Below, in pieces: positions 40,554 through 53,398 of a DNA stretch of 64,000 nucleotides (position 1 is the first letter of the stretch; each line of letters begins with the position of its first letter). Position numbers and translations under genes: made by a program. The DNA lies in NCBI GenBank assembly GCA_951406725.2, contig OX597836.1:19530001-19594000 (forward strand), given 5' to 3'. The notes below the pieces were generated by a model. It ran no database searches, was not told the DNA's origin, and saw only the letters and a program-made list of their open reading frames with translations. The DNA is from Octopus vulgaris. Taxonomy: Eukaryota.

Positions 40554-40857
40554 CGTGGAGGCGCAATGGACCAGTGGTTAGGGCAGCGGACTCGCAGTTG
40601 TAGGATCGTGGTTTCGATTCCCAGTCCGAGCGGTGTGAGTATTTATTGAGCAAAAACACCTAAAGCTCCACGAGGCTCCGGCAGGGGGTGGTAGTGATCC
40701 CTGTTGTGCTCTTTCGCCACAACTTTCTCTCATTCTTTCTTCTGTTGGCCTGCTTGCTTAGCCAGCAGAGTGGCGTCATTTGAAGGCTAAAACAATGCGA
40801 AGCGCATTGTGACCAGTGATGTTTAGCAACATCTGATAGCCTGGTCAGTCACAGTGA
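40554..40857 (+). mobile_element. tRNA-derived SINE family 4
   Basis: ggaggcgcaatggaccagtggttagggc (A box)...ggtttcgattccc (B box); second copy at 62301-62612. Confidence 0.8.
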
Positions 40858-42097
40858 AAATGAATTTACAGAAATAAATTAAAATTGAAAAAATGACCTA
40901 AAAGAAACAAATTAATTTAATTAAATATATTATTATTTATATTTGTACTGATATTTTCACACACAGAATGAAAACTTTTCTTTGCAGCCAAGATTACAAT
41001 AGCGATGTATTATTAATTTAATTTTTAGTTTATCTTTAAATTGTTTCAGTCATCAGACTGTGGCCATGCTGGGGCACCGCCTTGAAGAAATTTTAGTAAA
41101 ATGTATCAACTCCAGCACTTAAATGTTTTTGCAAGCCTAGTACTTATTTTATTGGTCTCTTTTGCTGGACCACAAAGTTATGGGGATGTAAACACACCAG
41201 CATCAGTTGTCAAGTAGTGGGACAAATGCAGACACACACACGACCCTAAAATATAGAAATACAAGGTAAAATTGCACCTTTTGTAGTTTACTTTGTACCT
41301 TTTTGCATTGTTCCGGGCCCACACAACAGCCTTCTTTAAAGTTATATCACACGATGCTTCACCAAAACTATCTTATATGTGACAGAGTGGCTAACCGGCT
41401 TCCGTGCCAGTGGCACATAAAAGGCACCATTCGAGTGTGATCATTACCAGCGTCGCCTTACTGGCACTTGTGCTCATGCTAGTAGGGTGCCAAGAGTACC
41501 ATCCGAGCGTGATTGTTGCCAGAGGGCACCATTCGTGTGATCAGTACCAGCGTCACCTTACTGGCACCTGTGCCGGTGGCATGTGTAAAAAGATTCGAGC
41601 GAGGTCATTGCCAGTATCGCCTGACTGGCCCCGTGCCGGTGGCACGTAAACAGCACCCACTACACTCTTGGAGTGGTTGGCGTTAGGAAAGGCATCCAGC
41701 TGTAGAAACTCTGCCAGATCAAGATTGGAGCCTGGTGTGGCCGTCTGGTTCGCCAGCCCTCAGTCAAAATCGTCCAACCCATGCTAGCATGGAAAGCAGA
41801 CGTTAAACGATGATGATGATGTATACATTAAGTATAGTACAAACATGGCTATTTTAATGAAATATTGCCTCAGCTGTATATACTAGGAGTTTGTTTCCAT
41901 CCATCTATCAAGTCCACTCACAAAGCTTTGGTCAGCCTGGTGTTGTAAATGAAAGCACTTACCTAAGGTGTTGTACAGCAGGACTAAACCCAAGACCACA
42001 TGGATGAGAAACAAGTTTCATCACCAAACAGCCACACCAGTAAAAATGAAACCTTGTTCAACAATGAAACATGGACAGTTGTAGACTATGGACTCAC

Positions 42098-42256
42098 CTG
42101 CTTCTGCTTTTCATCCCATCCAAGTTCATCAGCCATTATATCTACCACTCTGGGTAGGGCCTCTTCCGCTGCAATAGCATTGCAGAATGATAGACGTGTA
42201 CGGCGTGCAAGAATATCAACAGCGGATGTAGCATATTCCCGAACAGCATATCGGAC
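42098..42256 (-). CDS. GPD2: GPD2 exon
   Basis: VRYAVREYATSAVDILARRTRLSFCNAIAAEEALPRVVDIMADELGWDEKQKQ. Confidence 0.95.
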
Positions 42257-43735
42257 CTACAGAAAGAAGAGACGAGGTTAATAGGGAGTTCTGTGACAGA
42301 AAGAAAGAAAGAGAGAGAGAAAGAAAGAGAGAGGAGATTTCAGCATTTCTAAGTATAGACATGGAGAGAACATCAGAGAGAGTGTCAGCAGAGAATGGAA
42401 GAAAAGTTCTAAAGAATTTCTACCTAATTTATTAAGTGAAGTACCTCGGTGTAGTGATCTAGGTGTATTGATCTGTATCAATCAGGAAGGAAAGGGTTAG
42501 ATTTGTTGATAGAGAAAAATCATCATTTTCCATGCTGACATGGGTTGGACAGTTTGAGAGGATCCTGTGAGCAGCAGGGCTGTGCCAAGCTCCAGTATCA
42601 ACTTTGGCAGTGTGTAGTAGGTACATTTTTCATGCCACCAGCACTAGTGGGGCCACCGAATAACTTGCCAAGAGAGGAAAAGAACTGGAACAAACTTTCC
42701 CAACTGAGTGGGAGTATATTTAAGAGTGGGGGGGTGGCTTTATGCCAGGTGTTGAATGGCAGAAGTATGATAGAGGAACAAGCACAGGTGTGGCTTCAAC
42801 ACATTATAGTAGTTGAGAAGGAGATAAAGATGACAGTGATGGAGTACCAGAGCAAACTCTCATCATCATCATCATCGTTTAACGTCCGTTTTCCGTGCTG
42901 GCACGGGTTGGACGGTTCGACCTGGGTGTGGATAATTTGGTCGCCAAAGCTACATAAAAAGACATTTGCTCAAAGTGCCATGAAGTAGGATAGAACCTGA
43001 AACTAGATGGCTGCAAAGCAAACTTATTAACCATATAGCTATGATTGCAACTAAAAATCCTAATTCCGCATAAGTGATTTATCTTTATTCTGATTGGTTG
43101 GCTTGTTTTTACTTTGATTGGATTCTAACATGGGATTTGCCAATTCCTGCTATATTGGGAATTTAGCTGAGAGTCATCATCACCATCATTGTTCTAATGT
43201 CCACTACTCCATGCTTTCCAAGTAAGCTTGGTAAATCTGCTGCCAAGACCCTTAAAATGCTTTGCCAAACTTTTGGTAAATATTCTTTTGGCTGAACACA
43301 AGTTTTTGAGTATTATGGTTATTTCAAGGCCAGTTGAAATGACACCCTTCCTGCCACCAACCCTCACCTGTTTCCAAGTAAGGTAATATTTCCCCATGAC
43401 CAGACTTGTTTTTCATAGAAGATTGAATCAAAGAATACTGCTTGCATGATGGTGACACTTGCTTACACTATCATAATATCAAGACAAGGAGACAATAAAC
43501 ACAAACACACACATGTAAAAGGCTTCTTTCAGCTTTCATCCACCAAATCCACTCTCAAGACTTTGGTCAACTTGGGGCTGTAGTAGAAGATATTTGCCCA
43601 AGGTGTCATGCAATGGGGGTGAATCCAGAACCATGTAATTGAGAAACAAACTTGTTACCAGACAATTACGCCTGTCTCAAGCCTAAAATTCCAAGTAAAC
43701 CAGGAATGTAGCTTGAATTTTTCATGTTAGATTAC

Positions 43736-43867
43736 CTCAGCTTCAATATAAGGGTATTCCTCATGCAGCCGCCGACCAACAATAGGCCATCTTTTACCGG
43801 TCATCCCAGCCATTTTAGCCACTTTGTATGCCCTGTCTCCATATGTCCCTGCAAGATGTTGTGCAAC
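43736..43867 (-). CDS. GPD2: GPD2 exon
   Basis: VAQHLAGTYGDRAYKVAKMAGMTGKRWPIVGRRLHEEYPYIEAE. Confidence 0.95.
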
Positions 43868-45370
43868 CTATAAGGGAAACAAAAAATATAAAAAATTAAA
43901 AAACTCAAATATTAACATCACCACTTCCACCTGTTTCTTTTCAATATTTAGTTATATGATAATAATAATTCTTTCTACTTTAGCGACAAGACCTAAAATT
44001 TTGTGGCTAGTCAATTATGTCAACCTCAGTGATCAACAGGTACTTATTTTATTGATCCCAAAAAGATGAAAGGCAAAGTCAACCTCGGCGGAATTTGAGT
44101 TTAGAACATAAAGATGGACGAAATGTCGCTAAGCATTTTGCCCAGCATGCTAACCATTTTGGCAGCTCATTGCCCTAGTAATAATAATAATAATAATAAT
44201 GATAATAATAATAATAATAATAATGATGATAATAATAATAATAATGATAATAATAATAATAATAAATCTTGGCACAAGGCCAGCAACTTCAGAGAAGGGA
44301 GCAAGTTGATCACATCGACCCCAGTACTCAAATGGTACTTATTTTATCGATCCCGAAAAGATGAAGGGCAAAGTCAACCTCAGTGGAATTTGAACTCAGA
44401 ACGTGAAGATGGACAAAATATTGCTAAGCATTTTGCCTGGGATGTTAATGATTGTGCCAACTCACTGCCTTATATAATGATGATGATAATCATCATCGTT
44501 TAACGTCCGTTCTCCATGCTAGCATGGGTTGGACGGTTCGACCGGGGATTTGGGAAGCCAGAAGGCTGCACCAGGCTCGTCTTATCTGGCAATGTTTCTA
44601 CGGCTGGATGCCCTTCCTAACGCCAATGATAGTAACGATAATGTCTAGGATTAAAATGATGAGCTGCAGCAAATATTCTGCTCAATACCACAGATTAGCT
44701 TGCTCAGTTGAGTATGTCGCTTAGTGGCTGACGATATGTGCATCTCCGATCATGATCAGTTGGGGAACATCATAGACACAGGCTGAGATGGATTCATTGG
44801 GGTTTGAATAATTTCCCTCTGCAACCGTGTTTCATTCAGGGACCTATTGAGCAGGACAGGCTACTTGGCCTGAAGAAAATTCAAACTGGGCCCCACCTGC
44901 AAGGTCTTGCACTGTTTATCATGCACATATGGTTGTGATGCATGTGTCTAGTGTGCCCTTATCAGATGGATAGTCACTTTGGGTATATTGGGCTTCATAT
45001 ATTTGTATCCCAGAGTCACTTTGATGATATACGCTGCTCTCTCACATAATAATAATAATGGTTTCTGATTGAGGTACAAGGCCAATAATTTTGGTGGGTA
45101 GACACACGGCTGTTCAAGCTACAAAAAAAAATAGCAACCAAATCTCCCTCAAATTCCATCTTACTCTCTTGGAAATGAAGCAACACATTGGATAATTTGA
45201 TCTTAAATACACAATGTCCCAAGAAGAACAGGATGGTCATGGCTTGAATACTTTTTACCATAGTTCTCCTCAATCAAGGCTAACCTACCAAGGGCTAAAC
45301 AACATCAAAAGTTTCACACAAAAAGAGAAAAAAATAAAAGAAGCTGTTTTAACATGAATTAAAACCTTAC

Positions 45371-45552
45371 TTCGTTTTCAAAGCCAAAGTCTTGTACAAG
45401 CCGGATAAACAAAGTCGGTGACCATTCGTGGGCGCCATCTAGCAGAAGACCCTTGGTCTGACAGGCCGGAACTTTTGGTTTCAATCCACAAACCTTGACT
45501 GCTTTATCGATGGTTTCTTCAGCCATATGTCTGTAAGTGGTCCACTTTCCCC
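45371..45552 (-). CDS. GPD2: GPD2 exon
   Basis: (G)GKWTTYRHMAEETIDKAV...EWSPTLFIRLVQDFGFENE (GGKWTTYR signature). Confidence 0.96.
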
Positions 45553-45673
45553 CTGTAGAAGTCAATGTTGTTGCCATTATATTCTTTATATAAATTGACA
45601 CTTATATTTTAGTTCCTTCTTAAAGTAGAGTACATAACAAATATTAATGGAGATATATATTTCAACCACTGTG

Positions 45674-46002
45674 GTAAAGACCCCCTTCGGTCATGAATGA
45701 CCATGGGATTGCACCTAGAAAGTTACCCTCCGAGGCACAAGTCCGGGCAAGGTTGTTTATGGAAGACCAGCAGTCGCCCATGCATACCAGCCTCCCCTTT
45801 CCACGCCACCAGAGTTATCCAAGGGAAAGACAAAGGTCGATACAGCTTGGCACCAGTGACGTCGCAGCTCATTTCTACAGCTGAGTGAACTGGAGCAACA
45901 TGAAATAAAGTGCCTTGCTCAAGAACACAACACGCAGCCCGGTCCGGGATTCGAGCTCACAACCTCACGATCGTAAGCTCGACGCTCTAACCATTGAGCC
46001 AT
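45674..46002 (-). mobile_element. tRNA-derived SINE family 5
   Basis: On -: tggctcaatggttagagcgtcgagc...ctcgaatcccggacc...; second copy at 60445-60782. Confidence 0.78.
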
Positions 46003-46126
46003 TGTGGTATAGCTACAATAATAATATTACAGTGATACTAGAATTATGATTTATTATTTACATGGTAAATGAACACTAATGAAATAAAAACTAATGTTCA
46101 AAATAAGAAATGTTTATTGAACGAAA

Positions 46127-46488
46127 TCTTTATATATATATAAAGCTGAAGTTGTCTGTGTATGGCAGGTTTGGTAGCCTTCAACTAACACTATCTCCTC
46201 CGAGACCCTGCGGTGCAAGTTGACCAAAATTGAGAGTATGATAGAAGAAGGTTTGCTCTTCCTTCTGTAGAAGAAAAAATTCAAATCAGACCATGGTAAC
46301 ACCAAAAATTATTTACATCAAAAAGGTGCTTTTTTTTCTATGAAAATCCCTATTTTTTACGATTTTTTGACTGCTGTGTTGAGATTGTTTGGTGTATTTT
46401 AACCAGAAAAATGTTCACTTAAAGAGAATAACAAGCTACATAATGCAAAATTTTTACATTTCAAAAATTCCAATTCTAAAGGGTCGAA
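46127..46488 (+). mobile_element. Helitron-like non-autonomous repeat (5' part)
   Basis: Starts A|TCTTTATATATATA...ctgtgt; the same body recurs at 56903-57135. A similar TC...CTAG candidate lies at 20558-21238. Confidence 0.4.
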
Positions 46489-46626
46489 AGCTGACCATGG
46501 CAGAATTTGAACTCAGAATGTAAGCATTTTTCCCTGGCATGCTAATGATTCTGCCAGCTCACCACCTTCTTTATAATGTCAATAACAAAGTCTTTAAATA
46601 AACGATTGAAAAGACTCGCAACTTAC

Positions 46627-46761
46627 CAGCAATGGTGATCAGATTATCCTCAGACACTTCAATGATGTGGTTCCGAGCTAGGGATTGTGTGTCGCTTTTG
46701 TTTGGGTCTCTGACTAGAGGACGGATGCCACTCCATGCTGACAAGACATCACCACGACGAA
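46627..46761 (-). CDS. GPD2: GPD2 exon
   Basis: (V)RRGDVLSAWSGIRPLVRDPNKSDTQSLARNHIIEVSEDNLITIA. Confidence 0.95.
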
Positions 46762-46846
46762 CTGAAAATGGTACAGAAACATTTAAAGGAATTTAATAAA
46801 ATCAAAATAACTTAAAAACAATAACTTAAAAAATAACTTAGAAAAG

Positions 46847-47239
46847 GCACAGGAGTGGCTGTGTGGTAAGTAGCTTGCTTACCAACCACATGGTTCCGGG
46901 TTCAGTCCCACTAGTGGCACCTTGGGCAAGTGTCTTCTACTATAGCCTCGGGCCGACCAAAGCCTTGTGAGTGGATTTGGTAGACGGAAACTGAAAGAAG
47001 CCTGTCGTATATATGTATGTATACATATATATGTGTGTGTGTGTGTTTGTGTCTGTGTTTGTCCCCCCAACATCGCTTGATAACCGATGCTGGTGTGTTT
47101 ACATCCCCGTAACTTAGTGGTTCAGCAAAAGAGACCGATAGAATAAGTACTAGGCTTACAAAGAATAAGTTCTGGGGTCGATGTGCTCGACTAAATGCGG
47201 TGCTCCAGCAAATGACTGAAACAAGTAAAAGAGTAAAGA
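46847..47239 (+). mobile_element. tRNA-derived SINE family 2 (CORE-like), with internal (TA/TG)n
   Basis: ggagtggctgtgtggtaag...ggttcagtccc...gcaccttgggcaagtg...gactgaaacaagtaaaagag. Further copies at about 1053-1370, 6376-6545, 10676-10925, 15733-16122, 37780-38010, 55558-55975 and 58495-58940. Confidence 0.82.
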
Positions 47240-47483
47240 GTAATTATACACACTGGGTAGAGTGTAGAAATGGAACGGAGACTCAAAATACCTTGTAAAA
47301 ATACCCAATATTTCCGCACTGTTGCTAGAGATATTTTAATGTCTATTTTCAAGTTGGCATGGGAGTATTGTTTTTGTTTCTTTTTTACAGCTTAGTCAGA
47401 GGGAAAAGGACAACACCTACGACCATTTCGTATGGTAGGGGAAGTCCCTGAGGGTAAAGAGAGAGGGTAAAGTATTACAACTT

Positions 47484-47720
47484 AAGGTGGCGAGCTGGCA
47501 GAAAACGTTAGCTCGCCGGGCGAAATGCATAGCCGTATTTCGTCTGCCGTTACGTTCTGAGTTCGAATTCCGCCGGGGTCAACTTTGCCTTTCATCCTTT
47601 TGGGGTTGATAAATTAAGTACCAGTTGCGCACTGGGGTCGATGTAATCGACTTAATCCGTTTGTCTGTCCTTGTTTGTCCCCTCAGTGTTTAGCCCCTTG
47701 TGGGTAATAAGGACATAGGT
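47484..47720 (+). mobile_element. SINE family 1, full-length
   Basis: Same consensus; TSD ggtaaagtattaca. Other copies at about 28357-28561 (-), 38517-38746 (-) and 43965-44175 (-). Confidence 0.85.
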
Positions 47721-48226
47721 AAAGTATTACAGCTGAGGAGTTACTGCAGTAGGGAGCAACATCATATCAAGATGATGTTATATAGGAAAGAATGGATGTA
47801 TGGATGGCTGGCTGGGCATGGAGGTGAATGGATAGGTCGATAAATGGTGAACTGGAGAGATGGATACTCTCTTTTACTCTCTTTTACTTGTTTCAGTCAT
47901 TTGACTGCGGCCATGCTGGAGCACCGCCTTTAATCGAGCAACTCGACCCCGGGACTTATTCTTTTTTGTAAAGCTCAGTACTTATTCTATCGGTCTCTTT
48001 TGCTGTACCGCTAAGTAATGGGGACATAAACACACCAGCATCGGTTGTCAAGCAATGCTAGGGGGACAAACACAGACACACATGGATGTATAATTAAATG
48101 AACAAATGAATGAACCAGTGGATGCAAAGATGAATAGAAAAGTTAGAGTGGGTGGATGGGGAGTGGGAAGGCTGCATGGATAAACAGACAGACTGATACA
48201 GACAACCATAGAAGATTCCTACATAC

Positions 48227-48334
48227 CTCTGACATCAGGATTAAGATAATTCCTAATCTCTGTTAATATAAATTGAATTTCCTTCTCAGTTGGTTGTGGA
48301 AAATCTGAAACCTCACATTCATTGTCTGTAGTAC
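48227..48334 (-). CDS. GPD2: GPD2 exon
   Basis: (G)TTDNECEVSDFPQPTEKEIQFILTEIRNYLNPDVR. Confidence 0.94.
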
Positions 48335-48466
48335 CTATAATATAAACAAAGAGAACATATTAAATCTGTGGTACCTATAACATAAACACATTGAACATGT
48401 TAGAATTGTGGTACATATCATGTAAACACAGAGAATGCATTAGACCTGTGGTACTTATAACACAGT
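48326..48466. repeat. 40-bp tandem repeat (about 3.5 copies) overlapping a GPD2 3' splice site
   Basis: Units ctgt(a/g)gtac(c/a/t)tat... start at 48326, 48366, 48406 and 48446. Confidence 0.85.
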
Positions 48467-48956
48467 GTAACAAATTTATATTTTTTTGTCTTTGGTTAAT
48501 TAGTGTTATTATCTATTTGCTTCTATCTAGAAATCAAAGGAAATCACTACCATTCCCTTCAAACTTTGCTTTTGTGACCTGGACATCAATGTTTTGAAAC
48601 TGACCTATTTTCCATTACATTTCAGACGGATTCAGTGCTGAAGTTGTTGAAGCAAAAATATCGTTATAGCAAATATTCTGCTCAATACCATAGATTTGCT
48701 TGTCAGTTGCTTGACCTTAACCACTTGAGCATATCCCTTAGTGGCTGACAATATGAGCATCTCTGATCATGAGCAGAAGTAGTGGGGGAGCATCATAGAC
48801 ATGTGTTAAGAGGGATTCGGTGGGATTTGAATAAGTGTAACAAAAGCAAAGTTTGAAGGAAATATCATTTTTTCCATACTTTCTAGGGGTTAGCAAATAG
48901 GAAATAATTGCTATCCAAAGACAAAAATCATGTTAGGTAGTGCCTTTTTAACTTTG

Positions 48957-49632
48957 GCACAAGGCCAGCAATTTTGAGGGAAGGGGGAGTCGATTACATT
49001 GACCCCCAGTGCTTTACTAGAACTCACTTTCTCAACCCCCAAAGGATGAAAGGCAAAGTTGATCTTGGGGAATTTGAATCCAGGACACAAAACCAGAAGA
49101 AATACCTATTTCTTTACTACCCACAAGGGGCTAAACACAGAGGGGACAAACAGATTAAGTCGATTATATCGACCCCAGTGCATAACTGGTACTTAATTAA
49201 TCAACCCCAAAAGGATGAAAGGCAAAGTCGACCTCGGCGGAATTTGAACTCAGAACGTAACGGCAGACGAAATATGGCTACGCATTTCGCCTGACGTGCT
49301 AACGTTTCTGCCAGCTCGCCGCCCTAAATACCTATTTCTTTACTACCCACAAGGGGCTAAACACAGAGGGGACAAACAAGGACAGACAAACGGATTAAGT
49401 CGATTACATCGACCCCGGTGCGTAACTGGTACTTAATTTATCGACCCCGAAAGGATGAAAGGCAAAGTCGACCTCAGAGGAATTTGAACTCAGAACGTAA
49501 CAGCAGACGAAATACGGCTACGCATTTCGCCTGACGTGCTAACGTTTCTGCCAGCTCACCGCCCTAAATACCTTTAATATCTTTAAGCATTTTGTCTGAC
49601 ATGCTAACTAACTATTCTGCCAGCTTGCCACT
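48957..49632 (-). mobile_element. Two young SINE family 1 copies nested in an older copy
   Basis: aaatacct repeated at 49100, 49326 and 49566; head and body of an older copy flank the pair. Confidence 0.8.
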
Positions 49633-50012
49633 TTTGCGGTGCTCATGGTATAACCACAGAGAACACATTGGCTGTGCTACATGTAAAACATACTGAACAT
49701 ACACTGAGGGCAAACGAGAAAAAGTTATGAACATTAGGCTGTATTTTCTAAGTAGTGTTCAGGTTTGGCATAGGATTGTTCTGGTGTGATGCAGAGTTGC
49801 TTTTGGTGGTGTTGTAGTAGTGTTTTGGAGTGGTGCGTACTAGTAGTAATAATGTTCTAGTGTCTAGCAGTAAAGCTCTAGTCACTGTAGTGTAGTAATA
49901 GTGGTGGTGGTGGTGGTGGTAGTGATCCGGTGTATAATAATAGGGTTTGGCTCATGATGACAGTGATGATGATGATGATGATGATATTAAATTAGAAAAA
50001 GTAATACTGTAC

Positions 50013-50098
50013 CTGCTAGAGTGACTTTCTGCCAAGGTAGAAAAAATATCACCCTTCCATCACTGGTTGATGGATCTAGTAAACCCATGTGAGAGGGG
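50013..50098 (-). CDS. GPD2: GPD2 exon
   Basis: (S)PSHMGLLDPSTSDGRVIFFLPWQKVTLA; AAG acceptor, GTACAG donor. Confidence 0.93.
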
Positions 50099-50700
50099 CT
50101 TGGAAAAAAAAAGATTTAAATAAAATTAAAACAAAAATTAGAGAGATTAAAAAGAAAATTCAAGAGGAGGTGGAGGAGGGGAGGAGAACAAAAAAAAAAG
50201 CAAGAGAAGAGGAGGAGGAGGAGAAAGAAACCAGGCAAGAGAGAAAAATGAGAAGTGAAAGAGACGGAGAAAAGGTGATAGTGACAGGAGACATAATAGT
50301 GAAATGGAAGGGAGAAACAATGAGAATATAAGGTCAGTCATTTGAGAGAAAGAATAACAAACATTTTAGGGGGTTTTTTTGTGGTTAAGTATTCATTACG
50401 AGGACTTCTTTTCTATTTACTAATGCCTTACCAAATCACATTACCAATGCCTGTTTTACACTATCTTGCCAGGTCCAAATTACCTAACCTACTTCTAAAT
50501 CAACTTACTGACCCCAGAACACCTTATCTATCTTTATCCCCACAAAGTGTACTGGATACTTTTTACATGGCGCTTCTGAGGTCGTCATGTGAATTGCAAG
50601 ATGAGACACACAATGAAGGGAGTATGGGGTGGATTTATGAAATATGCCATATGACTGACCACACTACTGGATGTGGTTATACATCACTGCCTCACATTAT

Positions 50701-51263
50701 TTTAGCTTTCAAATGATGCCACCCTGCTGGCTAGGCAAGCAGGACAAAATCTTCCCTGATCGGAAGGCCAATCTGTTGTAGGGACTGGAACAATATAAAA
50801 TGAAGTGTTTTGATCAAGAACACAACATGTTCCTTGGCCCAGAATTTGAACCCATGATCTAGTGATCAGAAGTGCAACACCTTTAACCATTAGGCCATGT
50901 ACCTTCACATTTTATAATACACACACACACACATCATATCTTACCATAAATCCTTGAGTATAGTCTTTTTTTAGCTTTCAAATGATGCCACCCTGTTGGC
51001 TAGGCAAGCAGGACAATATCTCCCCTGATCGGAAGGCTAATCTGTTGTAGGGTTATCCATTTACAGCTGAGTGAACTGGAGCAATGTAAAATGAAGTGTT
51101 TTGATCAAGAACACAACATGTTGCTTGGCCCAGAATTTGAACCCATGATCTAGTGATCAGGAGTGCAACACCCTTAACCATTAGGCCATGTACCTTCACA
51201 TTTTATAATACACACACACAAACACACACATCATATCTTACCGTAAATCCTCGAGTATAGTCT
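50701..51263. repeat. Local tandem duplication (about 270 and 290 bp)
   Basis: tttagctttcaaatgatgccaccctg...catatcttacc(a/g)taaatcct(t/c)gagtatagtct occurs twice. Confidence 0.85.
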
Positions 51264-51783
51264 GCCCTTGAGTATGATACACAGGGGATTTTTAGGGGGC
51301 TGTACTTCTGAAAAACCTAAACCTTGTGTATAATACGCACCTCTTCTCTAACTTGAGTCATGCGTAATTAAGCCAGCAGTACCTAGTCAAACAAATACTT
51401 CCGCACATGCGTAATACAATAATGGTGGTGTTCTTAACTGTTATATGGGAATGTAAAACTGTTATATGGGAATGTAAATATGTTTGCAAATTGTTTTTGT
51501 TACATGTTATTCTGTGTTCTGAATACTTTTATCTTAATAAATGTTGCTTACTACAAGTTATGGATGATTCTTTTATGACTTCACTGCTTTCAAGCTTATC
51601 TTAAAGTATTTTCGCACCCGACATCACAAAATGCATCTGAATAAACATTGCCGGACAGCAAATAGAGACTCGGACATTGCTAAGAAAATGTTTTTCATTT
51701 TTAACCTTGTATATAGTATGCACTAGGGATTTTGACCTTTAAATTTTGGGGATAAAATGTGGATTATACTCGAGGATTTACGG
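51241..51783. mobile_element. TA-flanked Tc1/mariner/pogo-type MITE
   Basis: TA|CCGTAAATCCTCGAGTATA...TATACTCGAGGATTTACGG|TA (19-bp perfect TIR). Confidence 0.85.
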
Positions 51784-51885
51784 TATATCACCTTCTCCTA
51801 ATTCCTCGGCTCCTCTCTCTCTCATTCAATAACTGACAATATAAAAACGACTCCTACGACTGGAGTCAACTTCCTGAATATTCAC

Positions 51886-52030
51886 CTGTAGTAGTCGGGT
51901 AAAATTATGTGAACTCCTGAGCTAGGTTTACAAATATTTTTGTTTGCTGCATTGGACATCATCCTGACTGAGTCTGTGTAGGGTCCTGTTGCATTGATGA
52001 CACAGCGAGCTTTTACTGTCCATTCTTCTC
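51886..52030 (-). CDS. GPD2: GPD2 exon
   Basis: EEWTVKARCVINATGPYTDSVRMM...CKPSSGVHIILPDYY. Confidence 0.95.
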
Positions 52031-53186
52031 CTGAAGTATCAAATAGTAACAAACAGGAACACAAAAATTTAATATACTTAAAGATGACAATGACAGAGTC
52101 ATGTTTATATATCACTTTATACACACATTTCATGGAAGATAATACAATGTGTCCATATGACAGATCATCTGTCACTTAACTTCGACAATATGCATTTCTT
52201 GTAATTTTGACAATTAACCCTTTAGTATTTAAACCGGCCATATCCGGCCAAAATAGCTAATCTGTTTTATGTTCAAACTGACCAGATCCAGGCTATCACA
52301 CCTACCCTACAATGTTATTCTATATTAAGTAATTACACCATCAAGATCTTGAAGATATGGGATAATGTATAATTAATTCAAATCAATGTGAATCAATAAG
52401 CATTATGTTTGATAGAATAATCAGAACACTAAAGGGTTAATGTTCAGATGTTTGACCAACTGAATAATCTGCTCATCAAATTAACAGAAACGTGGCTGAG
52501 TATTCAGCAGACTTGTAGCTTTAACCCTTATGAATTTATTAAAATAACTGTCATTACTTTTGTGCTGGGGTTTGGAACATAAATTAGCAGGAAAATTTTG
52601 CTGGAAGAAGGTTTTAACTTATTTAACATTAAAACAAAAATTTATATTGTAGCACCAGGGGCAGTCTTAGCTGAGTTACACATTCACTGATAGAGTCACA
52701 CAATAGTCCTTTTGTTACCATATTCCTGTTGAAATTCACAGCCTTTGTTTCACTTAATTGTGAAAAATAATAAAGAATTTATTGAAATAATATTGTCATT
52801 ATTTAACCTGGTGTTTGGAGCTGGAGGATATTTTCTTGACATAGCATCAACTTTTTTTTTTTGCTTTTGCTCAATGCTTTCATGCAAAGATGCAGAACGT
52901 AAACAACCATGTGCACACATGCACGCGCATGCGCACACACACACACAAGTATATATGTATGATTGTGTATTAAGGAGCTTACTTCCCAATAAACATGGTT
53001 TTGGGCTCAGTCCCACTACATGGAGCCTTGGACAAAGTGTCTTCTAAAGCTCTGCATATACACAAAGAAAGTATGACAATGGCTGCTCATAGGACTAAAC
53101 AATAACAACATACTGACAAAAACTGTAAAGAGACAGAGTTGGGAAAGAGAGAGAGAGAAAGAAAGAAGGGAGACAAAGACAATAAC

Positions 53187-53348
53187 CTGTAAGACAGTCT
53201 TTTACAACGGCGCCACAGATCTTCTCTTTTCCATGTTCATCTTTTTCCTTCACTAAACTTTTTGCTTCTACACGGTTGGCCAAAGAGCCTCCCATCCTGA
53301 TGGCTGTCATGGCCAGTACAATGTTCATCCGGGCGTCTTCATGTTGAC
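53187..53348 (-). CDS. GPD2: GPD2 exon
   Basis: (G)QHEDARMNIVLAMTAIRMGGSLANRVEAKSL...CGAVVKDCLT. Confidence 0.94.
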
Positions 53349-53398
53349 CTGGAATCAAAGTGAAATATGTGCTTATAATTTCTTGTTAGTTTGTATGT

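Noticed and set aside
40554-40630. tRNA gene candidates (also near 45930-46002, 60710-60782 and 62301-62380)
   Set aside because: The A/B boxes continue into multi-copy SINE bodies, and no complete acceptor stem was seen.
50089-50331. Lys/Glu-rich ORFs (also 57299-57484 and 57905-58126)
   Set aside because: They are purine-rich low-complexity strands of intronic pyrimidine tracts.
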